Source of the DNA: Phycisphaerae bacterium
GTDB lineage: Bacteria; Planctomycetota; Phycisphaerae; UBA1845; Fen-1342
Direction: 5' to 3'
Length of the DNA stretch: 64,000 bases
Assembly: GCA_963666925.2 (NCBI GenBank)
Contig: CAXXTC010000001.1
Location: 1 to 64,000, forward strand
Shown here: piece after piece, positions 42,513 through 50,871 of the stretch
How positions within the stretch are numbered: position 1 is the stretch's first letter
Layout: each line of letters begins with the position of its first letter
Made by a program: the position numbers and the translations under genes
Notes under the pieces: model-generated
Database searches by the model: none
What the model saw: only the letters and a program-made list of their open reading frames with translations
What the model was told of the DNA's origin: nothing

Positions 42513-43274
42513 ATGTTGTCTCAACTACGCATTGTTCTGGTGTCGCCCAGCGGGCCGGCGAACGTCGGGGCAGCCTGCCGGGCGCTGGCAAACATGGGGC
42601 TCTCTGATCTCGTGATCGTATCGCCGCGTTGTGATATCAACGACGAGGCGGCCGTGGCATACGCGGCCCACGGGCACCGCGTGCTGACCCATGCACGCGT
42701 CGTGCCCGATGTTCCCACCGCCCTGAAGGATTGCGTGCGGAGTTATGCCGCGACGTCGAAGCTGGGGTTATATCGGCGGCAGGCCGCAATCACGCCGACC
42801 GAGGCGGCCACCGAAGCGCTGGAGCTGTTGCCACGCGGGCACGTGGCGTTCGTGTTCGGCCGCGAGGATTTCGGCCTGCGCGACGCCGAGCTGTTGCACT
42901 TTGATCGCGTGGTGACCATCCCCGCGGACGAGGAATACCCCGTGATGAACCTGGCGGCGGCCGTGGCTGTCGTGGTCTACGAACTGCGGCGGGCGTGGCT
43001 GGCGACGTCGGGCCGGCCGGAACTGCCGATGATGATCGACTCCGGCCTGGCGGAAGATGTTCGCAAACAGGTGATGTTCGCCAAGCTGTTCGACGCCCTG
43101 GACCGGGTGGGGTTCTTCTTCGGGCAGAATCCGGACCATCTCAAGTACGCTCTCCGGCACCTGCTCGGGCGGGTGGATCTGAGCGTCAACGAAGTGGATA
43201 TCCTGATGGGTATGGCCAGCCAGATCCGCTGGTACGTCGATCATCATCCGGAGCGAATCAACCCGCCCGAGTAG
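42513..43274 (+). CDS. trmJ: TrmJ/LasT-family SPOUT RNA methyltransferase
   Basis: RIVLVSP..PANVGAACRALANMG, FGREDFGL, IPA..EYPVMNLA. Confidence 0.85.
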   Translation: MLSQLRIVLVSPSGPANVGAACRALANMGLSDLVIVSPRCDINDEAAVAYAAHGHRVLTHARVVPDVPTALKDCVRSYAATSKLGLYRRQAAITPTEAATEALELLPRGHVAFVFGREDFGLRDAELLHFDRVVTIPADEEYPVMNLAAAVAVVVYELRRAWLATSGRPELPMMIDSGLAEDVRKQVMFAKLFDALDRVGFFFGQNPDHLKYALRHLLGRVDLSVNEVDILMGMASQIRWYVDHHPERINPPE

Positions 43275-43339
43275 CGACCACGGACGGGGATGGTACCATG
43301 CCGACAAATCGGCCGGCGGGCTGGCACGTGGAGGGTGGC

Positions 43340-44530
43340 ATGATGAGCTGCATGACTCGATACCTCGCAATGAGCATTGGGGTTGCCATAACGGCGTTGC
43401 TCGCGTCAGCGGCGCATGCGCAGCCGCCCCCCACGTTGAACGAGCTGGCCGACTGGCACCAGCGGATCGTCCGCACGCGCGGAGTGGTGTCGATCGCAGA
43501 CGGTCAGGCTGCCCAGCAGGCGATCCGCGGGTGGAATCTGGATTTTGGGGGGCTGCCCCCGGCACAGCGTGCCCAACTGGCCGAGCTCGAGCTGTACGCC
43601 GCCCTGGCGGTCGGGGACGTGCAGCGGGCCCAGACGTGGCTGGACCTGCTCGAAGGGCAGACTGAAGACGAACGGCGGTTGCTTCAGGCCGGCTGGATGG
43701 TGGCGGTGGCGGCCGGCCGGGCGGACCTGGCCCAGCGCACGCTGGATCGGCTCAGCCGATCCGGGTTGGCGCCGGCGTCGGCCGTGCAGCAGCGTGCTGA
43801 GCGGTTGGACGCGATCGGCCGGCCTGCACCGGAACGCAAGCTGGCTACTGACCACGGGCCCGTCGCGCTGCGCGACCGCGCGGGCGTCGTGCTGCTTCTG
43901 GATCTTTGGAGCCAGAATGATCCGCCCAGAGAGAAACAGGCGACGGCTCTATGTGATCTGTACGCCGAATTGCAGAGCGCGTCGGCGGGCACGCTGCTGG
44001 GTGTGAACACCGACGCGGCGAAAGATCTGCCGGCGGCGCAGGAATTGGCGAGCAAGTTGAAGTACGTCTGGCCGCAGCACTACACCGTACAGGATTCGGT
44101 TAAGCCGCCGCTGCCGGAGGCGCTGCACGTGGGTGCTAAGCCGGTGCAGGTGATTATCGGCCAGTTCGGCAACGTGCGGGCAGTGGGGACGGCACGCCAG
44201 GTGGCGTTTCAGTACGCATTGCGCGGAGCGCTGGCCGAGGCGCGTGGCGAGCACGTCGCGGTGTTGCCGCGAACGACCGACGGCGCGGTAGCGCCGCGGT
44301 TTATTCCCCACGCCCCGCAGGCGCACGCCCAGAAGCTGAAAGAGGACAAGCCGTCGGCGCGGGCGGAGTTGCCGAGCAACCCGGAAGCGCGGGCGCTGCT
44401 GGAGCGGGCCCGGCTGTACCTGAAGACAGGCAAGAAGACGGAAGGCCGGCGGTTGCTCAAGGAAGTGGCCGAGAAGTACCCGAATACGCGTGAAGGACGC
44501 GAGGCGCGCGAACGTCTCGGAGATATATAG
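43340..44530 (+). CDS. Exported protein with helical repeats, CxxC-less thioredoxin-like domain and C-terminal TPR-like hairpin
   Basis: Signal peptide (..ASAAHA-Q); PAPE..GVVLLLDLWSQNDPP, LLGVNTD, WPQHY; EVAEKYPNT. Confidence 0.7.
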   Translation: MMSCMTRYLAMSIGVAITALLASAAHAQPPPTLNELADWHQRIVRTRGVVSIADGQAAQQAIRGWNLDFGGLPPAQRAQLAELELYAALAVGDVQRAQTWLDLLEGQTEDERRLLQAGWMVAVAAGRADLAQRTLDRLSRSGLAPASAVQQRAERLDAIGRPAPERKLATDHGPVALRDRAGVVLLLDLWSQNDPPREKQATALCDLYAELQSASAGTLLGVNTDAAKDLPAAQELASKLKYVWPQHYTVQDSVKPPLPEALHVGAKPVQVIIGQFGNVRAVGTARQVAFQYALRGALAEARGEHVAVLPRTTDGAVAPRFIPHAPQAHAQKLKEDKPSARAELPSNPEARALLERARLYLKTGKKTEGRRLLKEVAEKYPNTREGREARERLGDI

Positions 44531-44544
44531 ACCAGCCGAGGAAC

Positions 44545-45582
44545 GTGGCGACCATGAAGGAACAATCCGCTGATATCCGCCGCCAGTTCGGCCGCGCGTT
44601 AAGCGTGTTCATTATCGTACTGGTGATTGGTGCGGTCGGATATTACCTGATCGAGCGGTCGCGCGGTTGGACTTTTCTGGATGCGGCCTACATGGCGGTG
44701 ATCACCGTTTCGACGGTGGGCTTTCGCGAGGTGCACGACCCGAGCCCGGCCGGGCGTATCTTCACCGTCGTTCTGATTCTCTTTGGCGTGGGCGCGTTCA
44801 TGTACCTGGCCACGTCGGTTGCGAACTACGTCATCACTGGGGAGATGCAGGGGTTATGGAGTCAGCGCAGAATGCAGAAGAAAATCGCCCAGCTCAGCGA
44901 TCATTACATTGTCTGCGCCTTTGGACGCATGGGTTCGCAGGTCGCGGACGAGTTTCGCCGAGAGCGTAAGCCGGTGGTCGTCGTGGATCCGCGAGAGGAG
45001 GCTCTCCAGCAGGCACTCGACGAGGGGCACTACGGTCTGCTGGGCGACGCCGGCGATGATGACGTCCTGCGGCAGGCCGGCGTGGATCGAGCGGCGGGTC
45101 TGGTCTCGTGCCTGGATGATGACGCCGGCAACGTCCTGGTAGTGCTCTCCGCCCGCGCGCTGAACGAGCAGCTACCGATCGTGTCGCGTGCCAATAACCA
45201 CGAGACGGCGTCCAAACTGATTACGGCCGGGGCTCATCGCGTGCTGTGGCCCTATGGTCTGAGCGGGCGGCGCATGGCGCAGATGGCGCTGCGACCAAAC
45301 GTGGTCGAGTTCCTCGAAGTGGTCATGCACGACGAAGAGCTGGAGCTGATCCTCGAAGAACTGACGATTGCCCTGGGTACGTCGCTCGAAGGGGCGGCCA
45401 TCGGATCGTCAGCCATTCGCGGAAAGACCGGGGCCATGCTGGTAGCGATTCGGCAGCGCACCGGGAAAATGCTGGTGGCACCCTCTGCGGAGACCGTTTT
45501 GCAGGCCGGCGATATCGTCGTGGCGCTCGGCACACGCGAACAACTCGAGCTCCTGCGCGCGATGGCCGTTGGCACGGCGTGA
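44545..45582 (+). CDS. 2-TM potassium channel-family protein with RCK_N and RCK_C domains
   Basis: DAAYMAVITVSTVGFREV pore region, HYIVCAFGRMG, GDA, TrkA-C domain. Confidence 0.9.
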   Translation: MATMKEQSADIRRQFGRALSVFIIVLVIGAVGYYLIERSRGWTFLDAAYMAVITVSTVGFREVHDPSPAGRIFTVVLILFGVGAFMYLATSVANYVITGEMQGLWSQRRMQKKIAQLSDHYIVCAFGRMGSQVADEFRRERKPVVVVDPREEALQQALDEGHYGLLGDAGDDDVLRQAGVDRAAGLVSCLDDDAGNVLVVLSARALNEQLPIVSRANNHETASKLITAGAHRVLWPYGLSGRRMAQMALRPNVVEFLEVVMHDEELELILEELTIALGTSLEGAAIGSSAIRGKTGAMLVAIRQRTGKMLVAPSAETVLQAGDIVVALGTREQLELLRAMAVGTA

Positions 45583-45596
45583 GAGGCCCCTCGTAG

Positions 45597-47120
45597 ATGT
45601 CCGCAACACTCCCCGATTTCGAGAGCTTCAAGCGGCTGGCGGCCCGGCACAATCGCGTGCCCGTGGTTGCGACGCTGCTGAGCGACAGCCTCACGCCGGT
45701 GAGCGTGTTCGCCCGGCTCGAGCAGCAGGCAGAGCGGGCGTTCCTGCTCGAGAGCGTAGTGGGTGGCGAGCGTGTGGCGCGCTATTCGTTCCTGGGGACT
45801 GGGCCGGCGCGGACGTGTGAAGTGGTCCGCGAGCAGGTCCGCTGGATGGACCACGCCACGGGCCGCGTCGTTGAACAGGAGCAGGCCGATCCGCTGGCGA
45901 GCTTGGCGGCAGAGTTGCGCAGGTACAACGCGCCGACGCTGCCGGGCCTGCCGAAGTTCCTCGGCGGCGCGATCGGCTATGCCGGCTACGACACGGCCCG
46001 CTACTACGAGCCGCTGCCCGCTGCGCCGGAGGATGATCGGCACCTGCCGGATCTACTGTTCGACATCTACGAGACGCTGGTCGTTTTCGACCACGTGCAC
46101 AAGGTGGTACACGTGGTCAGTCATGCGGAGATATCGGACGGCGCGAGCGGGTCGCAATTGCAGTCGGCCTATGACGCGGCGGGCGAGCGCATCGCGGCGA
46201 CAATCGCGAAATTCAGCGGACCGCTGCCGATTGAACCGACGCAGGTAGCGCTGCCGGTCGCACCACTCACGCGGTACACGAGCAATTTCACGCCCGACGG
46301 ATTCGAGCGAGTCGTTGAGCGCTGCCAGGAGCACATTCGGGCGGGCGACATCTTCCAGGTGGTACCGTCGCAGCGACTGCACGTGCAGACGGCCGCCGAC
46401 CCGCTGCACGTTTATCGGGCCCTGCGCGTGATCAATCCGTCGCCGTTCATGTTCTTGTACAAGAGCCCATCGGTGACGCTGGTGGGTGCGAGCCCGGAGA
46501 TCATGTGCCGCGTGGCGGACGGAGTGGTCACGAATCGGCCGCTGGCGGGCACGCGGCCGCGCGGTGCGATGCCGGCTGAGGACGAGCAGTTGCAGGCTGA
46601 ACTGCTGGCCGACCCGAAGGAGCGGGCCGAGCATATCATGCTGGTTGATCTGGGGCGGAACGATGTCGGGCGCGTGTCGCAGCCGGGCTCGGTGCGCCTG
46701 CATGACGTGATGGTGGTGGAGTATTACAGCCATGTGATGCACATCGCCAGCACGGTGACGGGGCAGCTCAGGCCGGAATTGTCGGCGCTGGATGCGTTGC
46801 GGGCGACGTTGCCGGTAGGGACGGTGACCGGCGCGCCGAAGGTGCGGGCGATGCAAATCATTGACGAGTGTGAGCCGACGCGGCGTGGGCCGTACGCGGG
46901 TGCCTTGGGCCATATCAACTTCGCGGGGAACATGGACACTTGCATCACGCTGCGAACGCTGGTGATGCAGCCGGCCGGCGGGGGACGGCTCGACGCGTAC
47001 GTACAGGTGGGTGCGGGTGTGGTGGCCGATTCAGTGCCGCAGCGCGAATACCAGGAGACGATCAACAAGGCCCAGGGGCTGTTGAGCGCGCTGGCGCTGG
47101 CGGAATCGGCGCTGAGCTGA
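45597..47120 (+). CDS. trpE: Anthranilate synthase component I
   Basis: FLLESV.GGE..ARYS, GDIFQVVPS, NPSPFM, PLAGTRPR, KERAEHIMLVDLGRND, GAPKVRAM. Confidence 0.92.
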   Translation: MSATLPDFESFKRLAARHNRVPVVATLLSDSLTPVSVFARLEQQAERAFLLESVVGGERVARYSFLGTGPARTCEVVREQVRWMDHATGRVVEQEQADPLASLAAELRRYNAPTLPGLPKFLGGAIGYAGYDTARYYEPLPAAPEDDRHLPDLLFDIYETLVVFDHVHKVVHVVSHAEISDGASGSQLQSAYDAAGERIAATIAKFSGPLPIEPTQVALPVAPLTRYTSNFTPDGFERVVERCQEHIRAGDIFQVVPSQRLHVQTAADPLHVYRALRVINPSPFMFLYKSPSVTLVGASPEIMCRVADGVVTNRPLAGTRPRGAMPAEDEQLQAELLADPKERAEHIMLVDLGRNDVGRVSQPGSVRLHDVMVVEYYSHVMHIASTVTGQLRPELSALDALRATLPVGTVTGAPKVRAMQIIDECEPTRRGPYAGALGHINFAGNMDTCITLRTLVMQPAGGGRLDAYVQVGAGVVADSVPQREYQETINKAQGLLSALALAESALS

Positions 47121-47138
47121 GTTCCGGGACGCTGCCGC

Positions 47139-48167
47139 CTATTTTTCCGGCACGCGGGTTACCCAGTTGTACGGATCCGGTGCATCGCCGACCTGGATCG
47201 ACGTCAGCTTGTTGTACAGCTCGGTGCAGTATTTTCCGGGGGTCGTGCCGTCGCCGTAGGTCACCTTGCGATCGTGGAAGGTGATCGAGCCGACGGGGGT
47301 AATGACGGCGGCGGTGCCGCAGCAGCCGGCCTCCTGGAAGCCGAAGATCTCCTCGACGTCGACCGGGCGGCGTTGGGGGCGCATACCCATGTCCTCGGCG
47401 AGCTGCACGAGCGACTTGTTGGTGATCGACGGAAGGATGGAGGGGCTGTCGGGGGTGACGTATTGCCCGTCCTGGGTGACGCCGAAGAAATTCGCCGGCC
47501 CCGATTCGTCGATATAGTGTTTCTCTTTGGCGTCGAGATAGAGAACTTCGGTGAAGCCCTTGGCGCGGGCGGCGATGCTGGCGCGGAGGCCGGCGGCGTA
47601 ATTGCCTCCGACCTTGACGTCGCCGACGCCGTGCGGAGCGGCCCGGTCGGCCACGTCCTCAACAATTAGGTTCACGGGTTTGAATCCGGTTTTGAAGTAG
47701 GGCCCGACCGGCGTGACGAAAACGACGAAGACGTACTCGGTCGCCGGTTTGACGCCGACCTGCGGCCCCGTGCCGATGACCAGCGGCCGGATGTAGAGGC
47801 TGGCGCCGGTTCCGTGCGGCGGGACATACTTGCGGTTGGCGTTGATGGCGCGATGAACCGCCTGAATGAACAGCTCTTCAGGGACGGGGGCCATGTGGAT
47901 CTTCTCGCACGAGTGCGCCAGTCGGCGGGCGTTTTCGTCGATTCGGAAGAGCACCACATTGCCCTGCTTGGTCTCGTAGGCCTTGAGCCCCTCGAACGCC
48001 TCCTGGCCATAGTGCAGGCAGGTGGCCGCCATGTGCATGGAGATATTCTCGTCGGCGACGACTTCGCCGGCGTCCCACTGGCCGTCGCGCCAGACGTGGC
48101 GGACGTTGAAGTCGGTGGGGTGATATCCAAAATCGAGATGGGCCCAGTCCAGGTTGGCTTCACTCAT
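47139..48167 (-). CDS. ilvE: Branched-chain amino acid aminotransferase
   Basis: LHYGQEAFEGLKAY, LYIRP, KVGGNYA, ILPSIT, GTAAVITP; GGAG RBS before MSEAN. Confidence 0.95.
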   Translation of the reverse strand: MSEANLDWAHLDFGYHPTDFNVRHVWRDGQWDAGEVVADENISMHMAATCLHYGQEAFEGLKAYETKQGNVVLFRIDENARRLAHSCEKIHMAPVPEELFIQAVHRAINANRKYVPPHGTGASLYIRPLVIGTGPQVGVKPATEYVFVVFVTPVGPYFKTGFKPVNLIVEDVADRAAPHGVGDVKVGGNYAAGLRASIAARAKGFTEVLYLDAKEKHYIDESGPANFFGVTQDGQYVTPDSPSILPSITNKSLVQLAEDMGMRPQRRPVDVEEIFGFQEAGCCGTAAVITPVGSITFHDRKVTYGDGTTPGKYCTELYNKLTSIQVGDAPDPYNWVTRVPEK

Positions 48168-48546
48168 CGTATTCTCCACGACACCCCCGCGACGCCGTCT
48201 ACTGATGATTGTACTCATCGAGCACCTCCGCATGGTCCCGCTGGAGCGACGTGTCCGGCTGCAGCCAGCCGCGGCTGGCAACCGACGAGGGCCTGCGCTG
48301 TCGGCGAGGCTGCGCCCCACTGGGAATGGCACCCGCGATTCTGCACGTCGTTGAGCATAGAGCTTGGCGTGGTGCGTTGCAAGCCGGTCCGTAACGCAGG
48401 CGTCGTCGGCGGCCGCATCAAGCGGCGAGCACCTGCCGCCCGCACCGCCGGCGCGATACAATGGATCAATTGTCGATAACTGTTGCGGGCGTCGCCCGCG
48501 GCAGTTCTCCCCCCCCCCTGGTGCCAGAAAGGTGTGTACCGTGGAG

Positions 48547-49641
48547 ATGCCGACGCCCAATACCACTGAACCCGCTGCTCGCCAACACCTGTTCGAGCTA
48601 GCACCGCTGGCGCTACGCCAATGGCTCGTCGCGTCCGGGCAACAGCGCTTCCGTGCCGACCAGTTGCTCGACTGGATGTACGCCAAGCTCGTCACCAGCC
48701 TGGACGAAATGACTAACCTGTCCAAGGCGCTGCGGCAATGGCTGGTGGAGCACGCCGAGCTGTATCGTTCCACCGTTGCGGCCGAAGATGTTTCGGAAGA
48801 TGGGACGCGCAAGCTGCTGCTGCGCTGGTCGGACGGAAACTACGTCGAGACGGTGTGGATTCCCGAAGCCGAGCGTCATACGGCGTGCATATCCACGCAG
48901 GCTGGCTGCCCGGTGGGCTGTAAGTTCTGTGCCAGCGGGACGTACGGCTTGCAGCGTGACCTGACCGCCGGAGAGATCGTCGAACAGGCCGTGAGGATAG
49001 CCCGGCTCGTACGCGATACGACGGCGGACCAGACAAACGGGCCGGCTCGGCTCTCGCACATCGTCGTGATGGGCATGGGCGAGCCGCTGGCGAACTACGA
49101 GGCAACTGTTGCGGCCCTGCGACTGATCAACGACTCCGCCGGCCTGAACATCGGCGCCCGGCGAATGACACTCAGCACGATCGGGTTACCCAAGCAGATC
49201 CGCCGACTGGCGTCCGAGGGTTTGCAGATCAACTTGGCCCTATCGCTGCACGCGCCGGAGGACGAGCTGCGGGCCCAACTGATCCCGTGGGGCAAAGTGC
49301 CCATCTCCGACCTGCTCGATGCGTGCGCCTACTACTTTGATAAGACCGGCCGGGAGATCACGCTCGAGTACGTGCTGCTGGCTGGCGTGAATGACGAGCA
49401 GCACCATGCGGCCCGATTGGCCCGGCTGGCGAAGAAGCTGCGCTGCAACGTGAACCTGTTGCGTTACAACCCCGTGGAAGGGTTGCCGTTCAAGCGGCCC
49501 AACGCCCAGTCGTCTTACGCTTTCCAGAACGAATTGCGGCAGCACGGGGTCAATTCGCACCTGCGCTCGTCACGCGGGCCGGACATCAGCGCGGCTTGCG
49601 GCCAGTTACGCCAGCGCACCGTAGAATCGGCGGGAGAGTGA
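48547..49641 (+). CDS. rlmN: Dual-specificity RNA methyltransferase RlmN
   Basis: CISTQAGCPVGCKFC, MGMGEPL, SLHA, EYVLL, AACGQL. Confidence 0.95.
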   Translation: MPTPNTTEPAARQHLFELAPLALRQWLVASGQQRFRADQLLDWMYAKLVTSLDEMTNLSKALRQWLVEHAELYRSTVAAEDVSEDGTRKLLLRWSDGNYVETVWIPEAERHTACISTQAGCPVGCKFCASGTYGLQRDLTAGEIVEQAVRIARLVRDTTADQTNGPARLSHIVVMGMGEPLANYEATVAALRLINDSAGLNIGARRMTLSTIGLPKQIRRLASEGLQINLALSLHAPEDELRAQLIPWGKVPISDLLDACAYYFDKTGREITLEYVLLAGVNDEQHHAARLARLAKKLRCNVNLLRYNPVEGLPFKRPNAQSSYAFQNELRQHGVNSHLRSSRGPDISAACGQLRQRTVESAGE

Positions 49642-49642
49642 C

Positions 49643-50587
49643 GTGTTTCGCTTATTGCTGACCGAGCCGCTGGACGTCGACACGGAACGTCGGCTGGAGG
49701 CGGGGGCCACGGTCGTTCGGCCGCCAGACCTGGCCGAGGCCACCCTGTGCCAACTCGTGGTCGATTGCGACGCGATCGTGGTGCGGTCGCGGACCAGGCT
49801 GACGCGGGCCGTGCTGGCGGCCGGTCAGCGACTGCGCGTCGTGGGTGTGGCCGGCGTGGGGGTCGATCGGGTTGATACAAAGGCGGCCGACGAGCTGAAC
49901 ATCCGCGTGCTCAACCGGCCTGGTGCCGCCACCGAGGCCGTCGCCGATCTGACCATCGCGCTGATGCTGAACTTGCTCCGGCCCATCCGCCAACTGGAGG
50001 ACGCCGCCCGCGCGGGGCAGTTCAGCGCCGCCCGCCACGCCCCGCACGGGTGCGAGCTGAACACGCTGACGATAGGGATTGTCGGGATGGGCCGGATTGG
50101 GTCGCGTGTCGGACGCATCCTGTCGGCGGGCTTCGGCTGCCGGGTGCTGTACAACGATATCGCCCCGGTCGGGCCGTTTGATTTCCCCGCCGAGGCGGTT
50201 GACAAGCTGACGCTGTGGTCGACTGCGGACATCGTCACGCTGCACGTGCCATTGACCGAGCAAACCCGCGGGCTGGTCGACACCGAGGTCCTCCGACATT
50301 TCAGGCCGGGGGCGCGTCTGATCAATACATCCCGGGGAGCGGTCGTGGATGGGCTGGCGCTGGCGGCAGCGCTGGAAGGTGGCCGGCTGGCGGGGGCGGC
50401 CCTCGACGTGACCGATCCTGAACCTCTTTCAGGTGATCACCCGCTTCTCAAGTGCCAGGGTTGCATCATCACCCCCCACATTGCCGCCCGGACCTATGCC
50501 GGCCTGCGGCGTATGGCCGCCGTCGCGGACGACGTGCTCGCCTGGCTGCGCGATGAATCCGCTGGCCGGACATCGCCAAAGAGCTGA
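49643..50587 (+). CDS. D-isomer-specific 2-hydroxyacid dehydrogenase (SerA-like, no ACT domain)
   Basis: GVGVD, GIVGMGRIG, LHVPLT, INTSRG, ALDV..PEP, TPHIA. Confidence 0.9.
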   Translation: MFRLLLTEPLDVDTERRLEAGATVVRPPDLAEATLCQLVVDCDAIVVRSRTRLTRAVLAAGQRLRVVGVAGVGVDRVDTKAADELNIRVLNRPGAATEAVADLTIALMLNLLRPIRQLEDAARAGQFSAARHAPHGCELNTLTIGIVGMGRIGSRVGRILSAGFGCRVLYNDIAPVGPFDFPAEAVDKLTLWSTADIVTLHVPLTEQTRGLVDTEVLRHFRPGARLINTSRGAVVDGLALAAALEGGRLAGAALDVTDPEPLSGDHPLLKCQGCIITPHIAARTYAGLRRMAAVADDVLAWLRDESAGRTSPKS

Positions 50588-50641
50588 GTCGGCCAAATCC
50601 GCGCCCTGCCCACGCCTGCAACCCAGGCTGGGTGCGACCAC

Positions 50642-50664
50642 GTGGGGCGGGCGTCCCGCCCGCC
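50642..50664 (+). repeat. Single REP, family A
   Basis: Identical to 37413-37435. Confidence 0.8.
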
Positions 50665-50871
50665 AGGCCCGATTCACCCAGGTTTGTCTCGCCGCCGCGT
50701 GCCCAACTTGGCCCCCCGCGAGCCCCTAAGCTCTTTATGCCTGCCCCGCCGATAAATCTTCAGGAAACCGCCCCGCGGCACCGGGAGACGGTGCGCCGGG
50801 TGTTCCGGATCGGTCGAAACGCGTTTTGGCTCGGCCGCCGACGGTGCTCGTCATCAGGCAAGGAAGCTGAC

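Noticed and set aside
48225..48335. Resemblance to the HDV ribozyme (GCATGGTCCC...GGCTGGCAAC...GAATGG)
   Set aside because: The required P1, P2 and P3 pairings cannot be formed; chance similarity in GC-rich DNA.
47139..48812. Long N-terminal extensions making ilvE and rlmN overlap
   Set aside because: Open frames are expected in GC-rich DNA; homology and RBSs support starts at 48167 and 48547.
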